A stretch of 54,141 nucleotides of DNA, from contig FLMG01000100.1 in assembly GCA_900088475.1 (NCBI GenBank), forward strand, positions 1 to 54,141, written 5' to 3'. The notes under the pieces were generated by a model. It saw only the letters and a program-made list of their open reading frames with translations. It ran no database searches and was not told the DNA's origin. How positions within the stretch are numbered: the stretch's first letter is position 1; each line of letters opens with the position of its first letter. The stretch is from Hyphochytrium catenoides. Its lineage: Eukaryota; Protista; Hyphochytriomycota. Positions 22,596-36,187 of the stretch are shown here, in pieces. A program made the position numbers and the translations under genes.

Positions 22596-25500
22596 TCAGA
22601 GCTCGTGGTGGTTGACGAAGAGCTGGCAGTTCTCTCTGGACTCAGACGCCGAAGAATGTCTTCGCGAAGAGACATCAGTGGAAGATCATCCACATACTTC
22701 TGAACACCTTCCTCACATTTTTGTAAAGCTTCTAGGAGCTGTCGTGCATCATCATAAGTCGGAGCTTACCCCAGGAAGATAGGGACGAAAAGGACTAACT
22801 CAGTGTAAGATCAAGGATGCTGAAAGATATCGCAAAAGGAATCATGCAGCACGTAGAATGGACTAACCTGGTCTCGTTGGAGACTCTCAAAGGCGCACAG
22901 AGTAATAGCTCGAAGGTCTGACATCTTTGCCGGGGCACCTTCTTGCAAGCCCATCAACTCATAGATTACGACCTCGGGAGTAATAGGGACCAATGCCGGG
23001 CTCGCCGGTGTAGGACAGGGCGACGGAGACAGAGAAGACTTGGGAGGAAGGAAACCCACTGGACGAAGAAGGAATCTCTCTGGAGTGCCAAAGCCATTAT
23101 TGCAAGTCCCAACGAAAGGAAAGGAATACGAAGTCAACGATGTCCAAGGGCCAAGGTGGATACCGGATGCATGGGCAGAGAAGAGAGACGTCGTGTTAGC
23201 CCTCAAGTTCAGCTCAAGCCACAGCACCACTTGCAGCTTCCTACCTTTAGCCTTCTCGGCTGTGTGAGCGGTAACTAACCGCTGGGTGCCAAACTTCTTG
23301 TTTAGCTCTTCCAAGGTGTTGGCAACCTCTACGGGCTGACCTGTCACCCCAAACTGCGAGAAGACAGTAGCAACCAGAGATTGATATGTAAATTTGAAGG
23401 CGGGACGATGGAGGAAGAAAAGGTAAAGAGATAAAGCTCTACAAGCTGGTCCGAAGAATAAAGACAAGGACATCACAGGAGAGACAGCAGCGACATGATG
23501 GTTCACAGTACCTTCATCTTTACAGGGCTGCCAATGTTCCCGCTCAATACCTGACCAGTACTGATGCCGATGCGACTCCGAATCTTTGGAAGACCGTCTG
23601 CCTCCCACTTCGAGGATAAGTTCAGGAGAACGGCATGCATTCTAAGTGCGCAGTCGCAAGCCTGAATCTCATGATTGGGGACATCCTCAGGGCTGCAACG
23701 TAAATGAGGTTACATGCAGAATGAGGACTATTAACCTCAAAAGATGGAAGAAGAGTACCCAGCTCTCTACATCTCCAGCAACCCAGCCTCTTCCACCGAC
23801 GTGTTTAGAGGCCCATTGCTGCTTGTCATCTCCCTACCTCCCGAAAGTTTTTGGCAGAGATTCTTACCTATTCCAAACCGCCATGATGCCGTCCCCTATG
23901 AAATCCACGATAATTCCACCACTGTCCTCTATGAGTTGGACCATGGCGCTGAGATATTCGGACAGGAGAGAGACGAGGGCTGACAAAGAGAGGGACTCTG
24001 CAATGCCCGTAAAATTCTCAATGTCACAGAGTAGGACTGTCACAACCCGGCGGCTTATGTGCAGTTGGGAGGCCTGGCCAGCACCATGAGCGGGGGACGG
24101 AGAATGGGAAGCGAGATTAGCCAAGAATTCCGAGAGAGCATTGACTTCTAAGTAGTGGCGAATGATTCGCCAAGCAAATAAGAGAGATCTCGTAGGGCGA
24201 TGATGCTTACCTTCCGGTCTCCGGCGACAATCCTTCGGACCACTGATGCAGGTACAAACTTTGCAAAGAGTTCTATGCCTTCTCGAAGGCACAGATAAGA
24301 TTGGTACATGCGATGCACCTCTAGGAGTCGAGATCGAATTGGCGGCAAGGGGGTTCTGCAAGAAGGAATCACAGGCATAAGAGAGAGAGAGAGGAGCGGC
24401 TTTGAGCTCCTTCCTCGTTCTCACAGCAGAGTTGTTAAGAGAAGAGGGATGCCGATGAAGTATAAAAGCCAGTAAGGAAACAGCAAGGCCGTCTTCGTCC
24501 TCTCGTACAATCATTACAGCCAGCTAACAGGGGTCCCAGCAGAAGAAAGAGGTAAGCAAACGGCAAAGATAGATATACGGACCTTAGGTCCAAGGTTGCA
24601 ACCTTCTCCATATCCTTGGCCAGAATCTTCAACGGCTTAGAGACCGCGTATGATCCTTTCAGGGCTAGCAAAAGCGAGATGAAGACCCAGCCGCAGGCCA
24701 AACCAGCCACAACTGACGTGCCGTCACTAAGAGTCTCTCGAACGTCTACCGAAATAGATTCAGATGAGATGAGATGCAATGGTTGAGACAACTAGATCAG
24801 GTGCAGCATCTTGATCAAAGAGAAAGTATAGGTTGAAGAAAAATAGCGTGCCACCGCGGTGAGATGCCAAAATGGTAAAGGAAAGAGCTGCTGTAAGGAG
24901 GGCAAGAAAGATCGAGGAAGAAAGTAGCTTACCCCTAACAAGATTGTCAATGACGTTCATGGCTCTTAGGTTTGCTACCGCCGAGTCCTGAAGATATTCC
25001 TGCTGGGGTAAGGCAACCACCACCAACCAGTCGAGACTGGCCACCTCCACTACAATCAAGGGACACGAACCGCGACAGACAAAATGTGTCAACGACGGAT
25101 AAGAAAGGACGATGTAGACAAGACAAAGTGGAAATGATATGTATGGATGCTGCTACTAACAGCTGGGATAAAGAAGAGAGCGTGAAGAGATGAGCCAGCC
25201 TAGAATGGAGTTACCTTTGATCACTACCACCCGGACACAGTTCGTTCCTTCTACGGATGCTCTGGGCGTAGGAAGGTCACAGCCGGCACCACCCTCCGAA
25301 AAAGAAGAAGAACTAGTGTCGAACTGCATCTGAAGTGGACTTCGGAGGATGTTCTATAGGAAACAAGCAAACGCAGAGCATAGGAAATGGACAGAGGCAG
25401 AACGCAGCAAGAGGTGAGACCATAATATGAATGCATCATCTCTATTGCGTCCTCATCTCTTTGCCTTTGTGCCGCGGCTTGTGTCTTAGACAACATCATC

Positions 25501-28500
25501 TCCAAAACCTCTGGTAGTAGCAGTAGGATCACCATTTGCTTTCTTCTCTCACCATCAATCGATCTTACTTCCCAGCTACCTCCTTTTCCACTTTTCTACA
25601 AGTTTCTGATCTCTCTTAACTTTCCCTATGCAAGAAGGCCAGAAGCTCTCGTCAGCTGACCTGCCAGCCTCCAAACTTTTTAAAAAGAAAGAGGGAAGTG
25701 TTCCGCACGAGCATGTCCCCTGCATCAACCGCCAGAGGCATATCCGGAGCTATTGAAGCAGTACTATTCTGTGACGTAGTGCTAGTCATGAGCAACCTGC
25801 CCGAGACGGTTGTCAGGTTCGGCTTGTGGGGATCAAGGACAGTGGTCCTCTCGACAATAAAGATAACCCCTTCTCGCTGAAAAGGCATCTGTCCCCTGAT
25901 GAACTCTGCAATGGAGCTGAGACGCACATCAGCCAGCACGACGCCTAAGAACTCTTCCTTTAGCAATTGGTTATCTTTCCCTATCGACCTGCGGATGTAA
26001 GGAACTGGAACAGAACACCGAGCAATCGGTTAGTATGGATTCGGTCAATGCAAGCGGCTTCCAGCTCCTCAAAATTTGAAAGCAGGCCTGAATGACGATT
26101 GTGACGCAGGCCAGAGAGCGGCGCGATTTTTTAAACAGACCTACAAACTTGCTCGTGCGGACATTGATGAAGAGTAGGAGAACTATGACACTATGTTTAC
26201 CTCCATAGGAAATCCCCAGCTCGTTAACCGAGGCAAACCTATAAGGCGGCGACCATCGTGCTAATAAGGAGGCATCAACTCCCCGACCCCTCGTCCGCCA
26301 CGCTTCTCGCACAGAGGCATCTTCAGGGGGACGTAGAGGTTCAAAAGTTAGTGGATAGGATAGACGACGACACAGACTAGAGTTCAGAACGTTGAGGAGG
26401 AGAATATAGGGAGACTAGCAGATGCAATTCCATGGAACGAGTGTGAATACAACTGAAGCTGTCCATTGATGAGATGGCTGGCTGCACTTACACCAGGTCC
26501 TATTCAGAGCATTGTACTGGTTTCCAACAGCTAACTGCTCTGCAGGCATCGTGGAACACCGCCTCGAGATACCGTCTACCTGCATGATAATGGAGAACAG
26601 TAACCAAATTGATTCTCGGGCAAAGCAGGAGGACGACCATGTAGATGGAAAGGATAGAAGAGTCTAACAAGCCGTAAAGATCAAGCGCTTTAAACGAAAA
26701 TGATCTTCTTCTCTCGTAAAGTAGAGGCCAAGACATACGCAAGCTAGCCCTTGAGTTGGAGGGCGTTAGACGCCACTCATATCATCTTACTCTGCAGTAG
26801 TGCAAGCTCCAGGCCTGTGTCGGGCAGGTCCTCAAACCCACTCGATTGACATCGAATAGTTCATAGCCAGCTGCAGCATACTCGCCAATGGAGCAGGCCG
26901 TAGCACCATCTGACAATGAAAGAGCAGCGACAAGAGCAGCCATTGAGGAAAGATGAGCGCGCTGATAAGTAGACAATGAAAAGCACTCATAGAATTACCA
27001 GGTACCCCTTGCCATCGGGGAAGTCCAAAGGCGAACTGATCTGCATCCCGGTTCCCACCTTTTGGCACCCAGTCGCGAGCAGCTATCAAAGTCCCGTCTG
27101 TAGGCGAGGTATAACAGTAATGAAAGAGAGAAAACGAAAGAGTCAGGGATGATGTAAGCACCGTGAAAGGACGGTTGACAGTCTCCAAGTCAGAAGGAAG
27201 GAGGTCAAGAGAGGAGAGCGTGAAGAAAGGAAGTTGTGGCAGCAGCTACCATTGTCGTAGCCGAAAGCAATAAGCGAGACGTGTCTGGGCCCCCGTTGCT
27301 TCGCCTTGAGAAGGTTCTGCATGAACTTGTGGTCGAAGCGGTAGAAAGCGTCACCGGAAAGCTGGGACGAGTCTTCATAGATGGGCAGAGCAAAGTATTC
27401 CTGCCGCAGCACCTATAAAAGCGATGTCGGATAAGATCCATGAAACGAAGAATGAAAACCCGCACGAGGCTCCGTCTCCCCTTCCGTTCTCTTCTGCTGC
27501 TTACTCATAGGATATTCTTTGCGTCCCTGCCTCTTTGTTCAGGCGTCCCTGCCTCTTTGTTCAAGGTATTACCCGGTCCCAAATACTACGGTCTTTCTGC
27601 TCTTCTCACGTTGTGCTCACCTTTACAAGGGAATCTGCGGGTTCGGACGCCTGAGCTAAGAACGCAGAGATATTTCCTCGAAGGTTAGTAGCAAACTGGT
27701 CCTGAAGGGTGCCAAATGTCTGGTTGATGGTGTCCAGGACGACTCCCGTCAGCCGCTGCAAGTTGGCAGCATTATCGTTGTTATAGCTGAGGAAGAACCC
27801 GCGGGCACTCACAGTGAGGACACTGAGAGAAATGCCGACACTAGGGAGAAATGCATGTCAACAATATACTGGTGAAGCAGCCTTCGCCAAACAACGTTAA
27901 GAGAAGAGAGAGATCACAATAATACTAAGGCGCTTGAACAAAGCTCTGTGATGGCACCCAAAGCACGACAAGAGCAGGAAAAAGATAGCAAGTAGCATAG
28001 CTCTGAACTGAGCTGAGGCTCGCCATGCCATCCTTTCTTACCTGACCCATTCGTCTGTCATCCGATCGTTCCCAAGAGAAGAGGTTGGTTGACCCGGCAA
28101 GGGTGGAGAGAAAGAATAATAACGGAAGAACAAGTGGTAAGCCATAAGCCAGTTGTTTAAATAGAACGGAAGACAACGAGGGTATGGCAGAAGGAATGGA
28201 AAGGGCTGGATCGGCTGGGAAAGAAAGAGGACAACATCTTCATCATTCGGAGAGAAGAGGAAAGAAGGTGATGGGAATAAGGGACAACAGGATATAGAGA
28301 CAACCCAAGGACAAGAATAAGGAAAATAAAGCCCAGAGACATCGCGGTACTTACGAAAGACAAGCAGCAGAAACATCCCCAGCAGAGCGCTAATCCGCCA
28401 CCTCTCCCCACAGCAGTGTCGCTTGGACTTTCCCTCTTCTCTTCGTCCTGCCTCGAGGTGCTCGTTCCATTCATTGTTATCTCCATCAAAGTAGTAGGAC

Positions 28501-29321
28501 TTCTTGACAGGGCGGTCACCCACAAAGAGTCTGCTGGCCGAGGAGCGCCTAGAAAAACTGGGGCGGTGAAGGAAAGAGCCCACAGAGCTGAAGAGAGACG
28601 TGCTCTCCCCTTCTCGTTCACTCTTCTTGTCGTTGTCCCTCTCTCCTCCTCCTCGTCGTTCACCATTATTTGACCAGACAGCTAAGAAAGAGTCCCTGGG
28701 CGCCTCCTTAGAGCCTCGCCAGACCACGACATCAGAGAGAGAGAGAGAAGGCCGACTAGCAGTTAAGTCTTGCGAGTGAGAAGAACGGTGAGGTGTCGCT
28801 TCTAAGTGATAGGAAGGCGGTGCAGAGCCGCTAATGTTGCTCTTCTCCCTCTCTCCTCCTTCTAACTTCTTGCTGCTTCCTAAGAACTTTAAACCGGAAA
28901 GGGAAGAGAACGAAGAGAGTTTTCTTCTTTCCTTCTCCGTCACTTCCTCGACGTCTTCTAGGCACGATAGAGGCGAGGGCAGGATCTCCTGCAAGTATAT
29001 GGACCTTCTCCGAGGAGAAACGTCATGAGAGACAGAGTGGTGGTAAGAGTGCGAGCTAAGCCTGTAAGAGTCCTTAGAAGAAAGAGAAGTATAAGAGCCC
29101 TCTCTCTTTGAACCAGAAGACAGGCGTAACCGATCAAACTCTTGGACTTCATCGAAGCTGCTGCCCGTTGGGGTGGACGCTAGAGAGGGAGAGGATGGAA
29201 GAGAAGGTTTTAAAGAGTCATTTTGTCTCTCTTCTCTTCTCTTTTTTTCTCTTGTCTTCGGCCCTTCAAGAGCGGAAGGCGGGGTAGAGGGCGGGACAGC
29301 AGTCCCGGTCTCCCCTTCCAT
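22596..29321 (-). CDS. Receptor-type class III adenylate/guanylate cyclase-like protein (Ser-rich N-term, TM, Cache-like sensor, TM, HAMP, cyclase domain; multi-exon)
   Basis: Cyclase motifs VTVLLCDIENFT, VDFIGDGIMAVWN, RIGISTGQVLSGNIGS and FGVTGQPVEVANTLEELNK. HAMP-like SKPLKILAKDMEKVATLDL and FAKFVPASVVRRIV. Cache-like RWSPPY and FLGVVLADVRLSSIAEFI. Stop TGA at 22596; start uncertain. Confidence 0.85.
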
Positions 29322-29809
29322 CCCGAGCACGTGTGTGCCTATGTGATGGTAAGCCCACCACTTAGCAATTTGCGCATGCTCTTTCTTTTAACATTGTAGC
29401 GGCCATAGCTGAGTTGCCCCAGCAGCGCAACGCTGACCTGCCGCTGAGCACTGTTTGCACCATGCGTCCTCCTACTATCGCATCACTGCCGACGGCAGTC
29501 AACCAGCCTGACTGTTCTCCATCGAGTGCGCGCTTGAGCCACCAACGAGGCAAGTGAAGCGAGCTTTAGGAGACGGAGAGCATGAGCACAGGAGACAATG
29601 ACATCCAATAACCAGCCAGACAGTGAAGGAGGCGGTGGACCTTATAATAATATTATCGTAGAGGAGAGATGCAGATTTATAGAGGAAGAGCTTCCTCAAT
29701 CATCAGATGAGATGGCGAACATGGAGAGTAGGGGAAGGACGTTAGTCGGCGATGCTGGCAGAAATGTCGCTGTGTGGAGCGGCGGGAACTTCAGGTCAGA
29801 GAAGGACGA

Positions 29810-29811
29810 AA

Positions 29812-29842
<31 letters not shown>

Positions 29843-29945
29843 AAGAGAGAGAGAAAAAAGGAGAGGGAGAAGAGAGAGAAGAGAGAGAAAAGAGAAGAGG
29901 AGAGAGAGACGAGAGGAAGAGAGAGAGGAAACAGGATGGAGGTAG
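29810..29945. repeat. GA-rich microsatellite
   Basis: (GA)n/(GAAA) runs. Confidence 0.9.
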
Positions 29946-31577
29946 AAAGACAGGCATCAAGCAAGACAGAAAGTCAGAGAGATATTGTCTTACGGAAGCT
30001 GGTTATGGAAAAGGGGGCAGGAAGGAGGGCGGGCAGAGAGACAGAGTTAGAGAGAAGACACGGCCAGTTTTAGGAGAAGGAAGAGCCAGCAGGACAATTT
30101 CTGCCTTTATGAGAAGAGCCCCAGGCGGCACTTTATCAGGAGAGTATCGCAAGGAAGGCTGATTATGGTTGGGGGCCTCGGCTTAGGATAAGGGACGCAA
30201 TGCCCGAAAATAGGACGGGTGGGCCGGGTCGGACAGAGAGGAAGAGAAACTGTGGGCGTCGGAAACACACCAAAGGGCCACTTGGGACAGACGGCGAACA
30301 TCACTCCATCACCCTACATACAGCACATAACGACAACAACGAATCTTCATTGGCCAGAAGACCAAAAAGATCGTGGAAGATCTGCACAACACCGGCATAG
30401 TTCTTCTAAAGGATCATCAGACTTCCTTCTCTGCCCTTGTTTATTTAGCTCTGCCTCACCTCAATCATCACTACGTTTGCACTGAATACTATCATGCTGC
30501 AGCCATCTTCCTGCTTAACTTGCATTGCCATGGTTGAATCGGCAATGCTATCTACTTCACCATCACTAAGACACCTACTACTACCCACACAGACAAGGAC
30601 TACGATCATCATCAAGCGGTAGGGTAACAGCAAGCAGCCACAATAAGTGGGGGAGTAGACCACCGGTGGGATGTTCATCCTCCTCCTAGCAGCATTCCTT
30701 CTCGGGGAGATATCATTTCATGGGACATCATCCCAAGCTGGGCATGGTGGTATGCAACAAGTTCATTACCCTCTGCAGACGATGTCTGTTGTGGTAAGAC
30801 CCAACAAGAAGAAGGACTTGGTGGGAGACAACATGGAGTAAGTCCATTCTTGGGGTCTGTTTTGGTGATTAAGTCGCCCGTGGTGGGCAGAAATGCACCA
30901 TCATAATAGCAAAACGCTACATTATTTGCAAGCTGTTACTCATTATTTTAGTTGGCCTATTCCAAACTCACTCGTTCTCCAAAAAGATGGCCTGGTGGAT
31001 ATATCACCATGAGGCCCTGGTTTGGTCAGCGGCATCACGGCATTTCACTCGCTCAGGATATAGATTTGGTCCTCTCGACCTTCTCCTTCATCAGCCGTCT
31101 ATCTCATGCTGTATTGGTAGGTAATCTGAAGTCCTGCATAGACCTTGTCATCCTTACTTGGTACGCCGTACACAGCGGTCGAGTTGTCTCCCCGAACGTC
31201 ACCGCAAAAGAGGAAGGGGAACTGGCCTACACCCGTAGGCTTGTACCAACCTCCCTTCTTGTTCTGTAGGATGAAACAAACAACCATAGAGTACGTTAGG
31301 AGATAGAATAGTAAATCATCATGGACTCTGCCCTGGTTTGTACCTTCTTATACTGCTCCAGGAACTCCTTTAGCACTATCGGTAGGTAAGAGAGAGAAGT
31401 GAGAATCTAACGTCGAGGAAATATCTACGCAGCATCAAAGACAGTACAAGAGAGTACAAGAGAGACGACGGTAGATACGAGAGAACTGAGATTCTCCGGG
31501 GAAGGGGGGAATACCATGAGGAATAGTGAGGATTAGGTACTACGCGACTGCCAAAGGCAGTCTAAGAGAAGAGGTAT

Positions 31578-32605
31578 TCAATAAAAAGCAGATGAACCAC
31601 GACTAGGGAAAGAAGGAGGTATTAGGTCACCTTTATCGCCATTGTTTGAGCTCTTAACAAAGTCACTCCAGCCTTCAAAGGGTGCTATGCAGGTCACTCC
31701 TGTCTCTACTGCATGGAAACCGATATGTTGAAGGTCAGAGAGTTGCCCCTCCTCTCCAAATGCCCAAGTATCGTCCTGTGGATAGTTGGGGTCTAGGGCA
31801 ACGTGGCGAGGCTGTACAGACCAAGATGAAAGGTACATAAAGACATCACCATATACATGGTGTATGTTCAGAGTTAATCATGGAAGTAGGGGTTTGTCTC
31901 TCAAGCATTGGTCTCTTACCGTCTTTACAGCCTCCAGCAGTTGGCTGGTCACCTTGATCTCAAGGTGGCTCCTGGGATCACCTAAGGGTATGGGTAGCCC
32001 ATCAGTACTACTCATGGTAGTACTTTTTAAAAAAGGAATCTTAACAAGAAAGACGGCACCTCGATATCGCAAAGAAGAGGAATCAAAACGGTGGAAGAAT
32101 TAGCGGCAGAAGGCCGTCGTGGTCTCAAAAAGCCATTGAATGGGGAAAAGGCAGGAGAGATTCCTAGACCTGCATCTCGGTGTTTCTGAGTGAACTCTTT
32201 GCGCTTGTTAGGTTGAAGAAGATAGTATGGGTCGCCTACAATGAGCACTGGAGGTCCTCCTCTATGGGTGAAGCCTGGCTCAGACGTTGACATCTAGACG
32301 CCGTAAGAGTCAACAAAGCGGTCAGATCCCAAGGTAAAGTATGGAACTTCACCTTCCGGCCTGAAAATGTCTCTAACCTGTCGGTTGCTTTGTACTGTCT
32401 TTTCTGTAGCCATAATAGCCGGCAGCTGAGCGCTGCCCATGCCTTTAATGGTCTGGCCCGCAGCTCTATAACCCTTGCGGGCTAAGGAGGGCCCAAGATG
32501 TGTGAGAGCCAAAGCCATTCTGTCTGAGCTGATGATGAAAACTAAACTTAAACTAGATGAGATAATAGGACTATCTGCCTTATGCAATAAGGATACCCTA
32601 TCCAC
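31578..32605 (-). pseudogene. Decayed coding sequence of unknown family
   Basis: ORFs 32605-32294 and 32293-32027 abut in frame across one TAG. ORFs 32072-31878 and 31838-31578 are in frame across one TGA. A frameshift and a TAA lie near 32100. The composition is protein-like. Confidence 0.45.
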
Positions 32606-33989
32606 CGCAGAGAATTGCTGTCAGATTCTGGCACCACTCTGCAGGTGCTGCGAGAAGAGTTAAAAGTTGAGCGTGGCGGCAACACGTGTGACGGGCAATG
32701 GAAAAGTAAAACTGGCTACGAAGGTGGAGGAGGGCAGGCACCTGATAGGCCTTGAGAAAGATCGCACTCAAATAACCTTCCCTCACGTTTGAAGAGAATA
32801 CTTAGGGACACAGGATTAGACTAATAACTTAGGAAACGACATAGGACGACCGTGGTGTGAGTGACTCTGTGCGTCGTGATCTTTAGCTTCTTTTTTCAAG
32901 ACTCTGTTGTTAGTGCTCTCATAGCTCTACTGACTGTCTGCTAACAAGAATCAGGGTGTGCGGGGTTCTCCATCGTTCTTCCTCTTACGCAGGCGCTAGG
33001 TAGAAACTCAGCCTTCTTATTACCGACCTCGGAAGAACAGCAGACCACTCATAAAGAGCAGCAGCATGATGAGACCTCCTCCCTCCTCCTTGTGCTTGTA
33101 CACTCAGCAGACAGCCAAGAAAGAAGAACAAGGATAATATCTGGTGGTGGTCCTATGTGAGCTTATGTAGGTGAGGAGGAGGAGGAGGAGGGAGGCTGAG
33201 CCTTGATTATTGATGAAGATCATGAAGGGTCAACTCAAGATCTTTCTGAGGTGAGGTGGGCGGCGAAGAGAAGGACGATTGATGAGAGCTTATGTAACCA
33301 ACATCCCGGAACGTAAACAGAGATGTACAACTACAACAGGGGCCAGAAGATGTGCAGTAGGTCGATCTGTCTATTGACCAGTACAGTAGCGGCTAACGGC
33401 TAACATACAGCGCAGGAGGCTGGAGGGAAATCCGTTCCTAGATCATGACGATGACGAAGGACCTTTTCCAGTGCTACATGTACTGCCTTCCTCGGGCTTC
33501 ATCATGCTGTTGATACATTTACAGCTAGTGGACTCATATCCACATCATACTCCGTAGTAGAAGATTAGGGTCTGAGCTTGCTGCCCTGTAAGAAATGCCT
33601 TTTATATAAACTGACTGCTCCAACTTAAAGGTTGATGATAGAAGGAGACTGCAGCTTGTAGAAAGTGGAAGTAGCTGCTTGCTTGGAGGAGGGGTGGTCG
33701 CTTAGCAAGCGGGGGAAAAGTGGAACGACAGGACGAGAAACTAAGTGAGCCATCACCAAACCGCACAGCATTAGTTGAGCTATGAAGAATGAGAAAGGGT
33801 TGAAAACTAAGCGTTCACCCCTATATAAATAATAGTAGCCTGAATAGCCTAACCAACGCTGGTCCTCCTGCTGTTGTTGTTGAGTTGCATATAAATGGCG
33901 ACAGACGAAACCTCTTCTCCTTTAATGACTCAGGTAAACGCAGTGCCTATGACAAACATCACAATGCGTCCCCCTCCTCTGGCATATTA

Positions 33990-35193
33990 TCAAGCCGAGG
34001 AAAGGCTCTCACCCCTATAAAAGCGGAACGTTGAGCTTTCGAAATGCCGAGTAACTGGATTCCAGTCGCGCACCAAGTACGTTGCGCTATCATCTTTGAC
34101 TAGCAGGACTGTTGTTGTCCGGGTTCCATACGGCCCTTGAGGAGACAGAGTTTCGCCAAAAGGATCCACAAAGATTGAGGACAGGCATTGTTCCATGTGC
34201 TCGGGAAAGCCGGTAGTTGTTGGTAAATCCTTCCGGTCCCCAACTCGCTGGTTGTCGAGCATCACCTCTACCAAGTGGCTTAGAAGATAGGCTTCCACAG
34301 GGTCTTCCACAGAGTCTTCTCCCTGGTCCTGACCAAGGGAAAGATCTGAACCACCTTTACTACGTTCAAGTTCTGCTGCTGCGGAGAGCACTCTCTTAAA
34401 TGACGCCTCGAGCCTTAAGGTCTTCTTCCAACCACTATCTAGCGGACCATTTGAGACAACGTGAACGCCTTCTGATGGTAATATCTTTGTCTCAGCTTTC
34501 GGCCGGTTAGTTGCAAAGCCAAGATCTTTTCCATCCCAAACGAAGAGGTTGAAGCCGTCGAAGTTGTGAGTAATGTCTTCCTGGGCAAGGGTTGAAAGGA
34601 AGGAGTCACAGCCGCTCTCTTCAGAAGGTCGGCTGACAAACCTGCATGGCAGCAGCTGTACAAGAGTCAGTTATCTGAGAGCTATAAGAGCTGAGCTCCA
34701 TGGTAGTCTCACTCATGCTTCAATCTAAGATGCATGACGATGACCTTGTTCTGCCCAATGAATGAGACATGAAGACAGTGAACGGAAAGAAGGCACGTAC
34801 CCCTCTGCTCTGTGGCTTGCTTTTGGAGGCTGGAGGTATCAAGGGCCATTGCCTAAAGTTCAGAATCGCAGAAACACGAAAATCCTGAGGGTTGAAAGCC
34901 AGCCATGTCCCTCCACCTTGGGCGTCTATTGACGCAAAGACAGGCGTTGTCTGCTCTCTGCTGCTCGCCTGTCCCCTGAGGGGACCATCCTCCCTTCCTT
35001 TTTTGTCTTGCATATCATCCACCGAGGATGTTGCACTGCTTTGTTCATTGACGAGCGTTCCATCTTCCCGCAGCAATAGCTGGCGCACCTTCTGAGCTGG
35101 TCGCCCAAAGAATTCGTCACGGTTGTTGGCAAGAATGAGGCGATATCCTCGTGGCAACAGCTGACGGTGGGTACAAGCCGCTGTTATGCACAT
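33990..35193 (-). CDS. TANGO2: TANGO2 / NRDE-family protein (multi-exon)
   Basis: MC N-terminus, LILANNRDEFFGRPA, GGTWLAFN, SRG, SNG and YGTRTTTVLLV family motifs. Confidence 0.93.
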
Positions 35194-36187
35194 GACGTAA
35201 TAATGCTGGCTACGTGGTCAGGTTTGGCCAGGAAGAGTAATGCTGACAGTAGAACTACGGGACTTTCCGCCTCTATAATCTGTCAGGCTGCCTCGCAATA
35301 CTCCTCTGCCTCCAACTTGTGTCCAGTACCTTCTCTCAGGAGGCAGTGAGCGCGGCGATCGTCGAGGTCCCTCTGCTGCAGTCTCCAGCAGAGTATACAA
35401 GTCAATCATCATTCTAGTGCCTGATGAGCCTTGGATATGAGAAGAGCCTTGTGCTGAAGCCAGCGTCCCCATCCTCATCATAGCAGCGGCGGCTGCGGCT
35501 GCTGCCTGGTGAGCCTGGAACTTTGAAGGCAGTCATTTGATCAGATGCTGATCTTGTTCTTTTCCCTCTGTCTCCTCTATCACAGCAGAGGCCGCTAACC
35601 GTCGACGCCTTAATCTTCTTGCAAACGGATGGTGTACAGCTGTCTAACAACAACAACTCAGCGGGGAAAGGGGCACAACTTCAAAGGAGTTGAAGAGTCA
35701 TCAGAAGGCTTTGGGGCAGGATGTTGACATGAGGAGAAGATGATCAAGCAGCAGCAGCAGAGGTCAAACGCCACTGATGATGCTGGCGCCGCAGCCGGCT
35801 CCTTCCCCTTAGCGCTGATCGCCGCTTGAGCCAGAAAGGTGCTGCGGTCGTCTGTGCTCTCGTCGAGATGAAAGACGCCGTTCGTTAGCTGGGCGTGCGG
35901 CGGCATCATTTTTTCATCCCAATGGGAGAGGCGATCAAAGTACACCAGGTAGCATTAGTTGTCCTTCTCTTCAAACTTCTGCTATCAATCGACGTGGATA
36001 GGGGCTCAAGCAATGGGGACCGGAACAACGAAGGAGTCTGAGGTGGTTCTCAGCTGAGCAGACAGGACCACCATCCCTCCTTTTCTTCCATCAAACCAAG
36101 CAAATTACCGCTGCTACCCATCTCTATGATGTGGCCCTTGAAAGTTATTAGAGGCTCCACTTAGCTTTTCTTCCCTTTAGGAGCAGC

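Noticed and set aside
27521-27563. 22-bp tandem duplication
   Set aside because: Trivial slippage inside a cyclase intron
29598-30162. Arg/Glu-rich ORFs in three frames
   Set aside because: Microsatellite-derived; no splice or motif support
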